A DNA stretch of 64,000 nt. It comes from Candidatus Binatia bacterium. GTDB lineage: Bacteria; Desulfobacterota; Binatia; Bin18. A program made the translations under genes and the position numbers. The stretch covers positions 1-64,000 of the forward strand of contig CAXXHG010000038.1 of assembly GCA_963666315.2 (NCBI GenBank), read 5' to 3'. The notes under the pieces are model-generated. The model saw nothing but the letters and a program-made list of their open reading frames with translations, searched no databases and was not told where the DNA came from. Positions 52,163 through 62,700 of the stretch are shown here, one piece after another; the first letter of the stretch is position 1, and each line of letters begins with the position of its first letter.

Positions 52163-54235
52163 ATGGAAAAGATGAGAGATCGGGTGTGTGTATTCTTTTT
52201 GGCCTTCTTTTTATATGGACTGCATGGCGCGCCTGTCCTTGGACAGACACCGCCCGAGCAGGCAGAGGCGCAACCCGAAGAGTCAAGCGGACAACACGCC
52301 CCGCAGACCCCGCAGTCTCAAATGGAAACGCTGCAGACAGCGCCGCTGTCCGCCAAATTGAACGAAGTGATAGTCACAGCAACCAAACTTGAAGAGCCGG
52401 TCGCACACACGACACACGCAGTGTCGGTTATCACTCAAGAAGAAATCGAGCAGCGGCAAACAACCGACGTCTTCGAGCAGCTTCGTGGTGTGCCCGGTTT
52501 CAATATTATCCAAACGGGCAGTCGCGGGGGGACGACGACGTTACAGTCGCGCGGGGGGGAGTCTGACTATAACTTAGTTTTGATCGACGGAGTGAAAGCC
52601 AACCTCGCGGGTGGGGCATTCAATTTCTCTAATCTGACAACGCTGGGTGTGAATCGGATTGAAATCGTACGTGGCTCGCAAAGCGCGCTGTATGGGTCGG
52701 ATGCTATGAGTTCCGTCATTCAGCTTTTTATACCGCGAGGGCAGGCCGCACCGCACGCCTATCTCCGTTTTCGTGGCGGCAACCATGGGACCCTTGAAGA
52801 GCAGGCCGGCGTGTCGGGCGGGACGAATGTCTACGGCTATAATCTCGCTGTAGAGCGCGTTGATAGTGAAGGCATACTGTCAAAAAACAGCGACTACAGT
52901 AATACGACCATTGCGTCGCGTTTTGATCTTGATCCGAGCGATACGCTGCAGCTCACCTCAACCTTGCGTTACAACGATAGCCGCTTTCACTTTCCGACCG
53001 GTGGAGCCGGCGACCGCTTTGATCCTCTTGATCCAGGCCAGTACCAAGATAGCCGCCGCCTGATCCTGGGCCCCAGAGCGGTCTATCAACCGACTTCGTG
53101 GTGGCGCCACAAGCTCCAGCTTGGAATATTGTATGAATGGCGTACGTTTCGTGATGCTTTTGATGGAGATGCCTTTGATCCTTTCGGTTCCTTTGTGAGC
53201 AACACGAGGGAGCGGCGCCTGTCGGCGGATTACTCATCTGATTTTTTTCTGCCTCCAGTTTGGGAGGTGCTGCCCACCTTTACGCTTGGCGGCTATATTG
53301 AGGACGAACATCTGAACCAAAAATCAAACGCAGCTGGATTTATTGACCGGGTTAGCCCGAGCAGGAATGCGCAGTCGTTCTATTCTCAATTGCTGTTGGA
53401 ATGGCGTGACATGCTCTTTATTACGTCTGGGTTTCGATTAGACGACGGGTCTACGTACGGCACGCATGTCAATCCGCGTGTCTCGGCTGCCTTTATTATT
53501 CCCGGACTCCGTACCAAGTTGCGCGCTGGATATAGCACGGGCCTGAAGGCTCCGACCTTTGTTGAGAACTTTGGAACCGGCAGCTCGTTCTTTCAGGGCG
53601 ACCCGAATCTTGACCCAGAAGAATCCAAAAGTTGGGAAATCGGAGCGGAGCAGCCGCTTGAGTTCGCCAATCTCGCCGCCGAGTTGAGCCTGACCTACTT
53701 CTCTACTGAATACAAAAATATGATCGCCTTTGTCTTTCAGGGCGGACCGGATTTCTTGAATATTCAGCGCGCCCGCAGCCGAGGCCTGGAAGTGGGCGTA
53801 CGCGCTTTTTTGAGTCACGGCTTTTCGGTGCGTGGCTCGTATACCTATTTAGAGACCAAGGTGCTTGATGCCGGAATGGCAGGCGGGCCAGCCTTTGTGA
53901 ACGGCGAATCCTTGGTGCGGCGGCCCGAACATGTGGGCTCGTTTACGCTGAACTATAGTCGCGACCGCTTGAATGCCAATTTCCATCTCTTTTTAAAAGG
54001 CCACGTGACTGATCTGGACTTTAGCCAAGACTTCTCTTCCCGTCGTATTCGACTAGGCGGTTATACGCGCGCAGACCTCGCGGTTGCCTATCGCCTGTTT
54101 GAGAATCGCTGGGGCATTCGGGCCTTGGTGTTGGAGGGCCAAGCCAAAAATCTGTTTGACGAAGACTATGAGGAAGTCTTTGGCTTTTCGTCAGCAGGTG
54201 CTACGTTCCTGGTTGGATTTCGGGCCGAATTCTAA
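52163..54235 (+). CDS. TonB-dependent receptor, BtuB-like
   Basis: Signal peptide, TonB box EVIVTATK, plug LVLIDG..RIEIVRG.QSALYGSDA, NL.PEES, NLFD..Y, terminal F; under a B12 riboswitch. Confidence 0.9.
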   Translation: MEKMRDRVCVFFLAFFLYGLHGAPVLGQTPPEQAEAQPEESSGQHAPQTPQSQMETLQTAPLSAKLNEVIVTATKLEEPVAHTTHAVSVITQEEIEQRQTTDVFEQLRGVPGFNIIQTGSRGGTTTLQSRGGESDYNLVLIDGVKANLAGGAFNFSNLTTLGVNRIEIVRGSQSALYGSDAMSSVIQLFIPRGQAAPHAYLRFRGGNHGTLEEQAGVSGGTNVYGYNLAVERVDSEGILSKNSDYSNTTIASRFDLDPSDTLQLTSTLRYNDSRFHFPTGGAGDRFDPLDPGQYQDSRRLILGPRAVYQPTSWWRHKLQLGILYEWRTFRDAFDGDAFDPFGSFVSNTRERRLSADYSSDFFLPPVWEVLPTFTLGGYIEDEHLNQKSNAAGFIDRVSPSRNAQSFYSQLLLEWRDMLFITSGFRLDDGSTYGTHVNPRVSAAFIIPGLRTKLRAGYSTGLKAPTFVENFGTGSSFFQGDPNLDPEESKSWEIGAEQPLEFANLAAELSLTYFSTEYKNMIAFVFQGGPDFLNIQRARSRGLEVGVRAFLSHGFSVRGSYTYLETKVLDAGMAGGPAFVNGESLVRRPEHVGSFTLNYSRDRLNANFHLFLKGHVTDLDFSQDFSSRRIRLGGYTRADLAVAYRLFENRWGIRALVLEGQAKNLFDEDYEEVFGFSSAGATFLVGFRAEF

Positions 54236-54253
54236 GGACAGGTGTAGGAGCGC

Positions 54254-55351
54254 ATGGCTGTCATGGGCCGCGTGAGTTCATCATCCGAGTCCCTTTTGCT
54301 GTCGCATGAATCAGCCGCTGTCTGGAAAAAGAGCTGGCTGATTCCTCTGTTCGGCGTACTGCTGGTGGTTTCCATCGCCGTTGCTACGGCATTAGGCGCT
54401 GTGACCATTCCGCTACTCACAACAACGCGCTTGCTGACGTACGGGTTGTTGCAGCTGCCGATTGACGGGGATGAGCGGACTCTGGCAACGATTGTGTATT
54501 TGATTCGACTCCCGCGTGTTCTTGCTGCGGCTTTGGTGGGGGCCAGCCTTGCGCTGGCCGGGACCATGATGCAAGGGCTGTTTCGCAACCCGCTGGCTGA
54601 CGCTGGTCTCATCGGCGTGTCCAGCGGCGGCGCGCTGGGCGGGGCACTGGCGATTAGTTCAGGTTTTGCTATGGGGTCATCCTTCCTGCTCCCCTGCGCA
54701 ACATTCGCCGGCGCGCTTATCTCTGCCTTTGGCGTCTACCTTTTTGCCGCTCGCCAAGGCGAGACCTCGCTCACCAACCTCCTGCTGGTCGGGATCGCCC
54801 TGAACGCCATTTGGGGCTCGCTGACCACCTTGGTTCTAAGTTTCGCTCAGGACTATGAAATCTCCAGGCAGATTTTTTTCTGGCTGATGGGCGGCCTCGA
54901 CGGGCGCGGCTGGTCACATGTCCAGATGGTTTTCCCGTTTGTGGTGATCGGCTTTGTCCCAGCCTTTTTTTTGAGTCGTGACCTGAATGTTCTGCTGCTA
55001 GGCGAAGAAACGGCAATGAGCCTAGGGATCAATGTCGAGTATGCCAAACGACTCTTGCTCGTGTTCGCTTCCCTCCTCGCCGGGGCGGCTGTCGCCATCG
55101 CCGGGACCATAAGCTTTGTCGGCTTGGTGATTCCACATATAATGCGCCTTATCCTCGGTCCGAATCATCGTCTCCTTTTGCCTGGCGCAACGCTAGGCGG
55201 TGCCATATTCCTTGTCTGGTGCGATCTGTTTGCACGGATGGTCATTCCATCCGAGGAACTCCAGCTGGGTGTTATTACGGCCGTTGTCGGGGCGCCGCTC
55301 TTTTTACATCTCCTGCTCAGACAGGATAAAATTCAGCGTAATCCGGCATAA
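54254..55351 (+). CDS. FecCD/BtuC family ABC permease
   Basis: RLPRV, QGLFRNPLAD, LGEETA.SLG, GTISFVGL. Confidence 0.92.
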   Translation: MAVMGRVSSSSESLLLSHESAAVWKKSWLIPLFGVLLVVSIAVATALGAVTIPLLTTTRLLTYGLLQLPIDGDERTLATIVYLIRLPRVLAAALVGASLALAGTMMQGLFRNPLADAGLIGVSSGGALGGALAISSGFAMGSSFLLPCATFAGALISAFGVYLFAARQGETSLTNLLLVGIALNAIWGSLTTLVLSFAQDYEISRQIFFWLMGGLDGRGWSHVQMVFPFVVIGFVPAFFLSRDLNVLLLGEETAMSLGINVEYAKRLLLVFASLLAGAAVAIAGTISFVGLVIPHIMRLILGPNHRLLLPGATLGGAIFLVWCDLFARMVIPSEELQLGVITAVVGAPLFLHLLLRQDKIQRNPA

Positions 55352-55356
55352 CGAAT

Positions 55357-56154
55357 ATGACCGATTTGGCCTTTTCACTCGATCAGGTGCGTTATACGCC
55401 AGATCATACGCTGATTCTGGACGATGTCAGTCTGGATGTTTCTCGCGGACACTGGGTCGGTATTCTGGGCCCGAATGGCGCAGGCAAATCGACGTTGCTG
55501 CGGATTATGGCCGGTGTGTTGCCTGCCTCGTCTGGTCTTGTTCTTTTCGAAGGTAAGGTTGTAGACCAATGGTCAACTCGTGAGCGGGCAAAGCAGCTGG
55601 CCTTACTGCCGCAGCGGACAGATCTCTCGTTTCCCTTTCGGGTGAGAGAAGTCGTTGCCATGGGCCGCACGCCGTATCTTGAGCGTTGGCAAAACGAAAG
55701 CAAGGCAGATGAACGGATAGTCGAGCAGACCATGGCGCTGACAGAAATCACTCGTCTTGCCGACCGGAATGTCATGACGCTGTCAGGCGGTGAATTTCAA
55801 CGGGTCATGCTGGCGCGGGCGCTCGCCCAGCAGCCGGCCTTTCTCTTATTGGACGAGCCGACAACAGGCCTGGACCTGCGTCACCAGTTTGAAGTAGTCG
55901 ATGTATTGACGACGCTGGTCCAGCAAGGCGTCACCATCATCACCGTGCTGCATGATCTCAACGTCGCCGCGTCTGCCTGCGTGTCGGTTGTGCTGCTCCA
56001 ATCCGGGCGGGTGTATGCGGCTGGGCCGCCGCAAGACGTCTTGACTGTTGAAGCCATTCGCGCTGTGTATGGGGTAGATGTTGTCTTAGGGGAAAACCCG
56101 GAGACCGGAGCACTACAAATTATTCCGCTGCGCGTTGCCCGGCCTACTGGCTAG
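55357..56154 (+). CDS. ABC transporter ATP-binding protein (BtuD/FepC/HmuV-like)
   Basis: GPNGAGKST, LSGGE, LLDEPT, LHDLN. Confidence 0.93.
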   Translation: MTDLAFSLDQVRYTPDHTLILDDVSLDVSRGHWVGILGPNGAGKSTLLRIMAGVLPASSGLVLFEGKVVDQWSTRERAKQLALLPQRTDLSFPFRVREVVAMGRTPYLERWQNESKADERIVEQTMALTEITRLADRNVMTLSGGEFQRVMLARALAQQPAFLLLDEPTTGLDLRHQFEVVDVLTTLVQQGVTIITVLHDLNVAASACVSVVLLQSGRVYAAGPPQDVLTVEAIRAVYGVDVVLGENPETGALQIIPLRVARPTG

Positions 56155-56162
56155 ACCTATGT

Positions 56163-56711
56163 ATGGCTCACATTTCGACCGTATCCAACCTTGACGGCAG
56201 CACAACCGAGTACACGGATATTGCCGTTGAGCCCGGCCGTTTAGAGCGGCTCTTGCGCGAACTGTTTGAAGTACATTGGCAGCAGATCGTTTTTGGACCG
56301 TGCATTCAGGGCGCGGTATTTGAAATCCGGCTTACCGCGCAACCAAAAAAAGTGGCTATGCTTGATGGCTATCTCACTGTTGATGCAGGCGCGTGGCATT
56401 TTCATCTGTGCATAGCTGAGCACAATGACGTGCCTGTGCCCGAACTTGCCCAGCAGCGGCAAGTCTCTCGGGCCGCCTTTTTCCAGGACGTTCGTGCCAC
56501 CGGCCATGTCAAAGGCAGTTGGGGCCTGCGGCTGTGGAACGGCTTAGACGAGCAGATGATTACCGTCTTTTTCCCTAATCCGTATCTGACCGAGAAACAG
56601 CAAATACGACGTACTCCCGACTGGAGCCGGCTGGAGCTATGGCAGCAACTCCGACAGAAGTATACCGGCATGGAAGCGAGGGCAGCGCATGATGGACACT
56701 CCCCCGCCTGA
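56163..56711 (+). CDS. Hypothetical protein, possible HutX/HemS-like fold
   Basis: Co-operonic; FGPCIQGAVFE, WHFHLCI, SWGLRLWNG..EQMITVF. Confidence 0.7.
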   Translation: MAHISTVSNLDGSTTEYTDIAVEPGRLERLLRELFEVHWQQIVFGPCIQGAVFEIRLTAQPKKVAMLDGYLTVDAGAWHFHLCIAEHNDVPVPELAQQRQVSRAAFFQDVRATGHVKGSWGLRLWNGLDEQMITVFFPNPYLTEKQQIRRTPDWSRLELWQQLRQKYTGMEARAAHDGHSPA

Positions 56712-57237
56712 CAAGCTCGTTCACGGCCCAAAAGAACAGGATCCGCGTTTGCAACGCCTTGGGTTTCTGATCGGCCACTTTCAGGGTGAAGGCAAGTATC
56801 TGAAAGGAAGCCGACAATTCCAAAAGGACGTCGTCGGCGCGTGGCAAGCTGGTGGACAATTTCTCTCGCTGCGCATGCGTGTCGCCTATCCGCTGAAAGA
56901 CGGGCGGGTGGACGTACATGACGCCTTTGTCGTGGTTGGGCTCAATCCAGCCAACAAACAACTAGAAGCCCGCGCATACACAGACAGTGGCGGGATGATC
57001 GACTACCAGCTTGAGGTGGTAGGACAAGAGATATTTTTTCCTGACCGTCCACCCGGACATCAATCTCAAACTAAAACCCTGCGGGCGCGCGAACAGCGGG
57101 CGCGCAAGGTGCTGTGTCCGCATGAGAACGGCTTTGAAGAGCGGCTGGAGGTGGATTTCGGGACCGGGGACTATGAACCGTATTCTCGCATCATCATGAT
57201 CAAAGAAGAGGGTTCCGTGGTGAGTCCCCAGACTTGA
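56689..57237 (+). CDS. Hypothetical beta-barrel protein (nitrobindin/DUF1579-like)
   Basis: LQRLGFLIGHFQGEG N-terminal motif, beta-strand-rich; overlaps the previous gene. Confidence 0.6.
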   Translation: MMDTPPPDKLVHGPKEQDPRLQRLGFLIGHFQGEGKYLKGSRQFQKDVVGAWQAGGQFLSLRMRVAYPLKDGRVDVHDAFVVVGLNPANKQLEARAYTDSGGMIDYQLEVVGQEIFFPDRPPGHQSQTKTLRAREQRARKVLCPHENGFEERLEVDFGTGDYEPYSRIIMIKEEGSVVSPQT

Positions 57238-57264
57238 TCGCTTGAGACCGAGTCTGGGGACTTT
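57223..57264 (+). terminator. Stem-loop closing the B12 operon
   Basis: AGTCCCCAGACTTG...CGAGTCTGGGGACT followed by TT. Confidence 0.65.
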
Positions 57265-57521
57265 GCTGTACGTGTATGCCCTCGGGCCTTTGCTTCAGCC
57301 TGGAGCGTCTCCCCAGCAAAATCCGAGAGGGTGCTTCGCAGGATTCTTTTAAAACTCTTGGCAGGGCTTTTCAGCTGAGGGGCACTTGCCCGTCTTGGCC
57401 GGACTGGTAGTTGATATGGGCAAGTCGGGCGGCCGTCTCGGTTGTCCGCTATCCAAGCTGTTATGATAGGACGCATCACGTACGGAAAAGAGTCTGGTGC
57501 ACGAGTCGGAAAGGGGAGCTG

Positions 57522-58022
57522 ATGTTACGTCAACGAACAATTTACACCTGTCTGGCCTGCCTTGGTCTGTTTATCGTGGTCGCCGGATGTAGCCCAGCAC
57601 CAGCACAGGACGCGCAATCCAAACTGGCTGCATGGAATGTAGAATATAGTCCGGAGGCATTGCGCAGCCGGGCGGCGGTGGGCGATTTGACAGCCGTGCA
57701 GCTCCTGCTAGAAATCGGCATAGATTTTGATGCTAAGGACCAGCGTGGGGGAACCGCACTCCGCTACGCGGTTACGGGTGGACATCTCGAAATCGTGAGC
57801 GCTCTGCTCGAAGCTGGTGCGGATGTCAATGTTGAAGATAATGATGGTTACACTCCGCTGCGTTATGCGGCCTATAATAATCAGCCGAAAATAGCCGCAG
57901 CGTTATTAGAAAAAGGGGCGGATGTGAACGGTGGCAGCGCAGACGGCTGGACCCCTGAGGCTGTAGCCACGGGCAAAGGTTATCTTGCCGTCGTTCGACT
58001 GCTCAAAGACGCCCAACCGTAA
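57522..58022 (+). CDS. Ankyrin-repeat lipoprotein
   Basis: Lipobox VAGC; repeats G.TALRYA..GHLEIV..LLEAGADVN, GYTPL.YAA, GWTP..VA. Confidence 0.88.
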   Translation: MLRQRTIYTCLACLGLFIVVAGCSPAPAQDAQSKLAAWNVEYSPEALRSRAAVGDLTAVQLLLEIGIDFDAKDQRGGTALRYAVTGGHLEIVSALLEAGADVNVEDNDGYTPLRYAAYNNQPKIAAALLEKGADVNGGSADGWTPEAVATGKGYLAVVRLLKDAQP

Positions 58023-58124
58023 GGCGTATTCCTGACTCGACGCTCGTGTTGAGATGCTGCGCCCGGGTGTCTCAATTTCTTTCTTGTCATTTTTCACTCC
58101 TGGCGGGGCAATGGTCTATCCCGT

Positions 58125-59159
58125 ATGAATCTCGCAAAACGTGAGCAACGTATTCAGACCGTTTGCCTGCTTATTCTGAGCACTGTTGCGGTAGCGGCCG
58201 CCCTGTACTGGCTACGCCCGGTCCTCGTCCCCTTTGTCTTCGCTGTTTTTATTGCCTACGGTTTATTGCCGCTCATTGAACTGCAGGTCCGGCAACTCCA
58301 CCTGCCACGTCCTGTGGCCGTGTGCTCGACGCTCGTCCTCGGCGGAGTCGTCCTGAGTGGCCTCGGCCTGTTGGTCTCCACCTCGGTGAGCCAGTTGCAG
58401 GACAATGCCGATGCCTATCAAGGCCAAATCGAAATATTCGTTGAAAGAATTTCAGCTGTGTTACCCATCGGGAATATGTTGACTAATGGACATCTGCTCA
58501 CACAGCTGTCGATCGGAAACGTCAGCAGTATATTGCTCAACACAACCAACGCCGTTGTTGGGATTTTGTCTCAGGGGCTGCTGGTCCTGATCTTTGTCCT
58601 GTACCTGCTCTTGGGTGGCGCCAGCCGAGAAGAAACAATAAGTGCTGCGTGGACGGATATTGAATCCAAGATTCAGCACTATATTGTGACCAAGGGAATC
58701 ATTTCGCTTGCGACGGGAGGTTTGGTCGGCCTTACGCTGGCAGTCCTCGGTATTGATCTGGCTCTGGTCTTTGGTCTGTTAGCCTTTTTGCTTAATTTTA
58801 TCCCGAGTGTGGGATCAATTATTGCGACTCTACTACCGCTGCCGGTTGTCGTCGTGAGTCCCGATATTTCGGCTACTACCGCGACCCTGGCCATCGTCCT
58901 GCCCGGGCTTATTCAATTTGCCATCGGTAATGTCATTGAGCCTAAGGTCATGGGTGAGGCGCTCGACCTTCACCCAATAGTGATACTTATGGCCCTTATC
59001 GTGTGGGGCATGTTGTGGGGCATCGTCGGTATGCTGTTGGCGACCCCCATGACTGCAATCCTCAAGATCTTGTTTGAGAGGCTGGAACCCATGGCTCCGG
59101 TTGCGCAGGTGCTGGCCGGTCGGCTGGATCGGCTCAAAGCGGAGAATAGAGATGTGTGA
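58125..59159 (+). CDS. AI-2E family transporter
   Basis: Multi-TM; LNFIPSVG, GNVIEPKVMG..L.LHP, WG..GMLLA.P. Confidence 0.9.
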   Translation: MNLAKREQRIQTVCLLILSTVAVAAALYWLRPVLVPFVFAVFIAYGLLPLIELQVRQLHLPRPVAVCSTLVLGGVVLSGLGLLVSTSVSQLQDNADAYQGQIEIFVERISAVLPIGNMLTNGHLLTQLSIGNVSSILLNTTNAVVGILSQGLLVLIFVLYLLLGGASREETISAAWTDIESKIQHYIVTKGIISLATGGLVGLTLAVLGIDLALVFGLLAFLLNFIPSVGSIIATLLPLPVVVVSPDISATTATLAIVLPGLIQFAIGNVIEPKVMGEALDLHPIVILMALIVWGMLWGIVGMLLATPMTAILKILFERLEPMAPVAQVLAGRLDRLKAENRDV

Positions 59160-59207
59160 TCCGTCCTCCTCATCGAGGACATGGAGGATACGGAAGACGC
59201 TCTAGAG

Positions 59208-59390
59208 TTAGCGTCTCCGGTGAGCAGAGAGAAGACGGAGAATGAAGAAGCGATTGACGGAGGAGCAGATCATCGGGATTCTGCAGGAGACGGAAGCGGG
59301 GGCGAACGTAGTAGCGGTCTGTCGGCGACATTAGATCAGTAACGCGACCTTTTTTTAGTGAGACCAGAAGTATGGTGGTCTAGAGTTCAC
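59208..59390 (+). mobile_element. IS3-family transposase orfA remnant
   Basis: ATG 59242: MKKRLTEEQIIGILQETEAG..V..VCRRH*ISNATF, then KYGGLE after a frameshift; boundaries approximate. Confidence 0.8.
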
Positions 59391-59684
59391 ACAGCTCAAG
59401 CGGACTTTCTGGTCGACAGCCGTGTCCGACAGTTCATCTGAAGTTTATATAATCCTTGCTTGCCCGCTCTGCTCTGCCCATCCAGCTAATACTTGCAGCT
59501 AGCTCTTGACCTCAACACACGCTAAGACTGGGGCCTATGAAAGTCAATCGTGCTTCAGCTACAGCACTCCGCCTGGCCCCTTTGCATGCTCCCGTCTTGG
59601 TAACAATCAACGAGAATCGCACGAATCGCGCGACCGTGTTAGCGATGCGGGTCGATGAATTGTTCTGCTTGCAAACCCTGTTGA

Positions 59685-59722
59685 CAACGCGGACGTCGTT
59701 AGGCAACGCGGACGTCGTTAGG
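59685..59722. repeat. Perfect 19-bp tandem duplication
   Basis: CAACGCGGACGTCGTTAGG x2. Confidence 0.9.
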
Positions 59723-59786
59723 ACAGGCAGTGTTATCAGTCTTTCGTGGTGCAGTGCTGGAGTAGCACCCCAAAAAGGACGACCGC

Positions 59787-62700
59787 ATGCATGCGCACAG
59801 CGGACTCATCCGCTATAGTCCAGCTGATCTCGTCGAGTTTCTGGCCTCGCCGTTTGCGACCTGGATGTCGCGTTTCGCGCTTGATCGCCCGGACCGGGTC
59901 CAACCCGATCCCGACCCGCCGGCATTGACCGTACTGGCAGAACGCGGGCGACAGCATGAGCAGGCCTGCGTGGAGCAATTCCGACAGGCAGGACGAGATA
60001 TTTATGTGCCGCCTGAAGGCGCAGCGCGGACGAGTGCAACAGTGGCGGCGATGCGATCCGGCCGAGAAATTATTCATCAGGGTCGTCTCGCCTACGATGC
60101 GGTTCGCTGCTCTTTCATAGGCCAGCCAGATTTTTTGGTTCGTACGGAAGGCGTATCTGACTTGGGGGATTATCACTACGAGGTGTGGGACGCCAAGTTG
60201 GCTCATCACCCTAGCCCTGCCTTCTTGATCCAGTTGTGTTGCTACGCCGATCTCTTGACCATCGTTCAGGCCAGACTGCCAGGCTCTGTCTGCCTGTTGC
60301 TCGGGTCTGGAGAACAGCCTCGTTTTCGGACCGCTGATTATATCTATTACTACCGTGCTCTCAAACACAGCTTTCTTGAGTTCCTGCAGCACTTTGAGCT
60401 AGAGCACCGGCCAGCGCCTGAGTTGGGAGGAAGTTATGGACGCTGGTCTACCACTGCGGCCAAGCTGTTGGGTGCGGCCGACCATCTGAGTCGGGTTGCT
60501 AATATTACGGTGAGCCAGATCAAAAAACTTGGCGCTGCCGGGATAACCACCCTCCAGGCGCTGGCCGAGACCCGGCTCGCACACATACCGAAACTCGACG
60601 ATACCGTCTTTGCTCGGCTTAAAGAGCAAGCCCACTTACAGCTGGTTTCAACCGATACCGAACGCCCAACGTACCGTATTCTGATTCCCCAGTCCTCAGA
60701 GCCTCGCCGAGGACTGGGGCTTCTCCCTCCGGCCTCAGCCGGCGACGTGTTTTTTGACATGGAAGGTTATCCGCTCGTAGAGGGTGGGCTTGAATATCTG
60801 TTCGGTGCCGTTTCGATTCAGCATGATGCCGTCACGTTTCATGACTGGTGGGCACATAACGCTGACGAAGAGCGCCGCGCGTTCAGCGCTTATGTGGACT
60901 GGGTATATGCCCGCTGGCAGGCCGACCCGAGCATGCATATTTATCATTACGCCAATTATGAAATCGCTGCGCTGCGCCGACTAATGGGACGCTACGGGAC
61001 ACGCGAAGCTGAAGTCGACACGTTGCTGCGGTCTGAGGTCTTTGTTGATCTGTATACTATCGTTCAACACGGCCTACGCGTTGGCGAACCGCACTATTCG
61101 ATTAAGAATCTCGAACATTTATATCGTCCGCAACGCTCTGGAGAAGTCACTAGTGCGGTTGACTCCATTGTTGCTTATACGCGTTGGGTGGAGAGTGGAA
61201 AGCCTGCCGACTGGTCGGCATCGCCCTTGCTCCAGGCGATCCGTGTCTATAACCGGGATGATTGTGAATCAACCTGGCAGCTGGCTGCGTGGCTGCGCGA
61301 GCGTCAGCACGAGGCTAGTATCGCCTGGATGCCGAAACACGAGAATCAAGGCGAGGGGGCGGCCGAGGGAGTGGATGAGGCAGATCTGCTTGGCGATCTC
61401 GCGTCGCCGCACGCGCTTGCGCAGACGCTGATCGAAGAGATCCCCCCCGCACTGGAACGCGCAACACATGCCGAGCATTGGCATACACAAGAGCTGCTCG
61501 GACATATGCTGGAATTTCACCGACGAGAAGAAAAACCTGGCTGGTGGGCGATGTTTGATCGTCACGCTATGACCGAGACGGAGTTGGTCGAGGATATCAA
61601 CTGCCTGGGTGGACTGGCCCGGCTGTCACAACCGCCGGAGCAGATCAAACGTTCCCAAGGATTTTGGTATGGCTTTGATCCGAATCAAGACACCAAGCTG
61701 GACACGGGAGCGTCGTGCTATTTTGCGCATGATCTCGGTATCAGAGTGCCGATTCATGTGCTTGACCGAGAGCGGGGGCGTATCTGTCTGAAGTTTGGCC
61801 CAGGTAAACTGAAACAATTCCCGCATGGCACGCCGCCCGACCGGCTGGCGCTGATTCCAGATGAACACGTCTCAGCCAAGGTGATTGAACGAGCGGTCTT
61901 GGCAGTCGCTTTGGCCTGGCAGGAAAAACACGATTTGTCGCCGGCGCTCCAAGACTTTGTCCTGCGTCGTCCGCCACGTTTGACCCAGGAGGGGCTACTC
62001 TCCAGTCAGTCTTCTGCTGATGAGCTAACGCATGAGCTTGTCGCACCAGACGAGGATCTAGTTGATGCCGCAACTCGGCTTGCTGTGTCTCTGGATCACT
62101 CAACCTTGTGTGTGCAGGGGCCGCCGGGCAGTGGCAAAACAACCACCGCTGCGCGCATGATCCTTGCTTTGTTGGATCGCGGCAAGCGCGTTGGGATTAC
62201 GGCCAATAGTCATGCTGCCATCCTGAACCTGATGCGCAAATGTAAAGAGCTACGGGCCGGACGTCTGGCATGTGTAAAAATCGGCGGATCGGAGGAAGAC
62301 GGGTTTTTTGAACTATGTCCGGAAGCACTGTATGCCCAACGAGTCAGGGACGCGCTGCCACGACTCGACCAGATTCAGCTCGTGGGTGGGACGGCTTGGG
62401 CTTTTAGCGACCCCGGCATGCGGGGCAGCCTGGAGTATTTATTTGTTGACGAGGCCGGCCAGGTTGCGGTCGCCAACCTGATGGGCATGGCCGCAGCGAC
62501 CGACAACATCATTCTTGTTGGCGATCAGATGCAGCTCGGCCAGCCCATCCAAGGTTCTCATCCGGGAGAGAGTGGCTTGTCCATCCTCGAATACTTACTC
62601 CAGGGCAGGGCCACCATTCCGGCCGATATGGGGCTCTTTTTAGGCACGACGTGGCGACTCCATCCCAAGGTGTGTCATTTTCTCTCTGATGCCGTGTATG

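Noticed and set aside
59698-59722. GTTAGGC as an integron att core site, or the tandem repeat as a CRISPR array
   Set aside because: No inverse core or integrase; only two adjacent copies with no spacer and no cas genes
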